From Marsupella aquatica (lineage: Eukaryota; Plantae; Marchantiophyta): a stretch of 64,000 nt of DNA. Position numbers and translations under genes: made by a program. Location of the stretch: the NCBI GenBank assembly GCA_973895155.1, contig OZ316898.1, positions 17,474,752 to 17,538,751 on the forward strand. Direction: 5' to 3'. Below, in pieces: positions 59,796 to 64,000 of the stretch; position 1 is the first letter of the stretch, and each line of letters starts with the position of its first letter. The notes beneath the pieces are model-generated. The model made no database searches. It had not been told where the DNA came from and saw only the letters and a list, made by a program, of their open reading frames with translations.

Positions 59796-62700
59796 CTAGC
59801 TTCGACTATCAACGACTACAGTCCCCATTGCATTTTGAATGATTCGTCTTGTTTGTATAGGGAGAGTACTATTTGCCAATAACGCAAAGTTATACGCATA
59901 AACGGCAGTTTTTGCTAGGGATAATTCATCCTCCAGTACTTTGCTAGACGAAGCCTCTTTCTCCGGATAATATCTACCTTCAATTGCAGACTCTTCCTCC
60001 GAATCCATTGCATACCAAGTGATTTTAATCCGCTCCGGGATGTCGTTAATTCTTGTGAGAATCTCAGTCACTTTTGCCATCCAGAATGGTCTTCCCTTGG
60101 GATCCTGATGGGCTGCTACACATATCATTGCAAATTTAGTATTCACCTCTAGATCCTTGAAGTCTCCAATTTCCATGACTTTTCTTCGACTTCCGGAATA
60201 CATGACTATCCTCACACCCGCTACTTTATCAACCAAGCTAGGTTCCATTGTTGCTTCCGTAGGATTACTCGGAAGTTCTCTCTGTACGTTTACCTTGGGC
60301 CAACTCCAATCAAAACTCCATTGTGCAGGTTTCAGGTGGTGCTGAATCACTTCTTTTTGTTTGTCAAAAAGACGACCCCACCATAGACGATCTTCGTCGT
60401 CAAAGTAATTGAATCCATCTTCAATTGCTCTTCGATATTTTGGAAGAGTTGACAAATAACTTTGAGCCGCCCGCTCATCTTGTTCCTCGGCATCATTCTC
60501 TTGCTCTTCATTGTCTCCTGTCGCTCTCGTGGCCGACTTCAATGCCAATTGTGGTGCGACCCACATTTGTGGAATGTACCGAACAAAATCCACCATCTCC
60601 CCCCAATCGGTTGTCGTTGAAAGATGTTTGGCATGGAATACGGACCGAGCACTTCCATCTTCGAGTACTCTAGTAATCCAAAATTGTTTTTGAGCACTTA
60701 TGCCGTGGAGAGTATGTAGAACCTGACCATCCATATCCTTGTCATTTGCTTGATCCTTGTCTGACACAAATTTCTTGAAATTGGCAACCTCGTCGACAAA
60801 AAATATCTTTGCCGTAGGATTGTAGGATTCCTCTATGATTGCTGAAAGAGTGTCCAACCGGAAAGCTTTCCGCTTGTTCAATTTTGAAGAAAACTTGCTA
60901 AACATTTGATCAATTTGATCATGGGTGTGCCCCACCAATAGGAAACCAACCTTTATTTTCCGGAAAACACCTATCTCCACCAACATATTCAAATATGCCA
61001 TAAGATATTTATTCTTGTTTTCCCGAGCTGTGTTATCAAGCTGGAGGTAAAGCACTGGAGGGAGCAGACCTTCCCAGGTATTCAGAATATGCTGGATAAC
61101 GTGGATGGTCAGGTTGCTATCATTGTGAATATTTGGATAGTTCAAAAAAACATTTGAACTTAATTGTTTGTTGAAGATCAAACAACCCACTACGTGTACG
61201 GGGATGAAATACTTTTCATCCATATTGTTTGGACACCGAATGAAATGAGGTAACTCTGTCTTCTTTTGATCCATTCCATCAATACAGATGCCCAAATATT
61301 TCTCCGGACTCTTGTAACATTTGCTCCGGTGCTTTGCTAACTTCTCCCTCTCGACTGCTTGTGCCTTCCGATGCTCGTTTAGCAATGTTGAGAATTTTCC
61401 TACAATAATAAAAATGTTTAGGACAAAACATGATAACCGCAATGTTGAACCCTGACAGCGATAAATTTATCGGGTTCAGTATTCAAACACGAGACCATAA
61501 TGATAAACCCTGACAACGATAAATTTATCGGGTTCAGTATTCAAACACAAGACCATAATGAAAAACTGTGACAGCGATAAATTTATCAGGTTCAGTATTC
61601 AAACTGTTCAAACGATATATTCACTCACATGGCCAAAGAAGAAGCACATGAATACTCAACCCGATAAAATTATCGGGAGTAACACACAGGTTTAGAAACT
61701 TACTCTTTTCTGCTTTGAGTGTTGCCTTGTCACGGAGTGCTTTGAATTCAGTACACGGGGCGCAGGTGGAGAAACGACTCCTTTTGGGGATGCGCACGCG
61801 AGGAAACTCCTTGTTCCAAATGCGAACAAACCACCAATATGTCATGCCTTGTTCTTGGCGCATTAGAGTTTCGGACTGGAAGGCATCAAAAACTTCTGTT
61901 TTTGTCCAATTGTCAGGTAAATGAAAGATATCCTTGTTGGGGAGACTCTCGACATTTGTGGAAAAAAAATCATTGGACGAGACGAAGATGTGCGGGTGAT
62001 TTTTCTCGACAAACGTACTGTACCGATCTGTATCCGAGAAAACATGTTTTGCGAGATTTTTTGGAGACGATTATTTCCTAGTGAAAATAATTTCTTAAAA
62101 CCACTCCGACAAAAGGATCTACCGCTAACTGAGTAACCACTTGCACCAGCATGCCCACCCTTCACACATCCTCTTAGAAGGACGTTCTTCTCTGGGTAGG
62201 ATAGCCCATAGTAATAAGTGCGTTGTTTCGTCACGGCTAGCAGACCCAAATTCCTCAGACAGTAATTATCACAACACGAATACTTATGAATTTCTCTCAT
62301 TTTGTTTCTATTCAATTCGTCATTTATCACATTGTCTTTCCTAGTAATTCGGTCCCTATCTTTTTTACTAGGCTCATTTGACTTCTCTACAGCCTGAAAT
62401 CCGTTCATAACTTTGGCATTTTTGGGTCCTTCAGGTGCCTCGCGAATAGATGCATCACTCTCTGCTGAGCTACTATCCTCTATAGATCTCCTTGACGCAT
62501 TTAGAGGGGCACTGAATAGACGACTATAACTATTCTCTTCGACAGCTCCTTCTAAACATTCAGACACAACTTGTGCTATTATATCGGATTCTCTATCTCC
62601 TTCCTCATTTTCGTCCTCCGATGCACTCGACTCATCTGAAAACACAATTGGACTCCGTGGCTCTCTATACATAACCCGAACGCCACTAAGACCTCTCCTC

Positions 62701-63336
62701 AATACTTGGAGCCTGGAACCAATGACAGTCCGCCCTTGAGAACTTGGAGATTTTGGATTTGCATGTGCAGTCCCAACGACTCCGCGAGCTGCTGGAAAAT
62801 GGAGCACTTGTTCACCACGATTCCCATGGACCATTCGAGAAAGGGCCGAGTCTGGACTTCGCAGTCCGATTCCCTCGCTTGCTCGCACATCCAATCCAGG
62901 CAATGCAAAGACCGATCGCCGTATCGGTCTTTGTATTTCTGTGTCCCGATCCTCACCCGGAGACTGAAAGATCCATCGTTGAATGTGGCGACTTGAATGC
63001 CGACTGTGATACGCGTATCGGTCGCCGGATACCCTCTCCATAACCCGGGATGGATGGCCTAAAGCGACGTCTCGGACCTAAACCTAGGATTGAAAGTTTC
63101 TCATTTCTTGGCGATGGAACGCTCAAGAGACGACACTTCTCAGGTTTACTAGGCGACACATAGTAAGCACTGGGCTCAGGATCAGAACTTGCATCAGAAT
63201 CTGAGTCAGAGATTTTGGGCACTATTTGCTGTGAGAGAGGTAGAGCTTTAAGTATGCGACTTGGCAAACAGCGAGCGACAAGATTAGGAGAGGATTCAAC
63301 TGAACTGGAAGGTGAATCTGTGTCTGATTGAGACAT
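59796..63336 (-). pseudogene. Sola/DUF7869-like DDD transposase, copy B
   Basis: Exon 1 63336-61704 has several frameshifts. Intron 61703-61400. Exon 2 61399-59796 is open: IDGMDQKKTELPHF, LYLQLDNTARENKN, VGHTHDQIDQMFS, and C-terminal PFWMAKV..IKITWY. Confidence 0.85.
61445..61605. repeat. About 58-bp tandem repeat (3 copies) in the transposase intron of copy B
   Basis: TGACAGCGATAAATTTATCGGGTTCAGTATTCAAAC units with the palindrome at 61459, 61517 and about 61575. Confidence 0.85.
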
Positions 63337-63622
63337 GGCTATCCGAGACACTATGGGGCTTTGCATTCCTCCCGCAATCAGGGAAAATGAAAGGCTCAAC
63401 GGACAGAATGTTGCTCCAAGAACACAACTCCCAAAACTCTACTCTCGATAATGATGCCAAAAACTTATCGGCGGTGGCCCTTTTATAGTGTCTGTTGAGG
63501 GGTTGGCCCACGTGTCCACTTTTGATTGGCTGTCACCCTAAACGACAAAATAGCAAAAAAGGGTATATTTCTTGGATTTCCAATTTCATTCTCACACGTG
63601 CATCATGGCAAAATTATATAGT

Positions 63623-63900
63623 TTTGAAATTGAAGCGATAAATTTATCTGATGTTGGTATTGCAAAAGTGGTTCCTTCATATGGAAGTTGCAATTTGAAA
63701 TTGAAGCGATAAATTTATCTGATGTTGGTATTGCAAAAGTGGTTCCTTCATATGGAAGTTGCAATTTGAAATTGAAGCGATAAATTTATCTGATGTTGGT
63801 ATTGCAAAAGTGGTTCCTTCATATGGAAGTTGCAATTTTGAAATTGAAGCGATAAATTTATCTGATGTTGGTATTGCAAAGAGTTTTCTTCATATGGATA
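63623..63900. repeat. About 71-bp tandem repeat (4 copies) upstream of transposase B
   Basis: TTTGAAATTGAAGCGATAAATTTATCTGATGTTGGTATTGCAAAAGTGGTTCCTTCATATGGAAGTTGCAA units. Confidence 0.9.
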
Positions 63901-64000
63901 GAAATTTTGAAATTTAACCGATGAACTGAAGGATCTTAGTATTGTCAACTAGTATTTTTGTCGCCCGTAGTTTTCGCGATAATTTTATCGGATTGCGCAT

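Larger units (their letters stand above)
52588..64000 (-). mobile_element. Sola-like DNA transposon, copy B (divergent subfamily, inverted relative to A; second TIR beyond the window)
   Basis: TIR AACACGATTTCGGACCGACCGAGAAG at 52588-52613, 22/26 to the left TIR of A. Subterminal sequence is homologous to the right end of A. Same gene pair and intron positions. Confidence 0.88.

Noticed and set aside
29667-64000. A and B as arms of one giant inverted duplication
   Set aside because: A has its own TIR pair and TSD, and the copies are too diverged with different palindromes; they are independent insertions.

Overview
Eukaryotic land-plant genomic DNA (spliceosomal introns, plant-type genes and retroelements; probably a non-seed plant, which is inference). 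Host genes: the 5' end of a probable OHP2 (minus strand, runs off the left edge), a 10-exon DPH2 and a 2-exon CYP71-clan P450. The rest is mostly nested transposable elements: a non-autonomous LTR element, a CRE-like RLE LINE, several MITEs, an L1 LINE and a young intact Copia with an extra antisense ORF. The main discovery is two divergent copies of a large (>=10 kb) cut-and-paste transposon. Copy A is 29667-39709, with 26-bp TIRs and a 4-bp TSD (ACAG). Copy B starts at 52588 and runs past the right edge. Each carries a Sola/DUF7869-like DDD transposase convergent with a 3-exon gene for [unknown domain]-[ParB/Srx-like domain]-[beta-class N6A/N4C DNA methyltransferase]. Each copy is also dotted with its own 14-bp palindrome (A: CGATACnnGTATCG; B: CGATAAwwTTATCG), concentrated in introns and intergenic DNA. 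This suggests a transposon-encoded, sequence-specific self-marking or anti-silencing system. Both copies carry frameshifts or stops as assembled. All coordinates and domain calls were made by eye.
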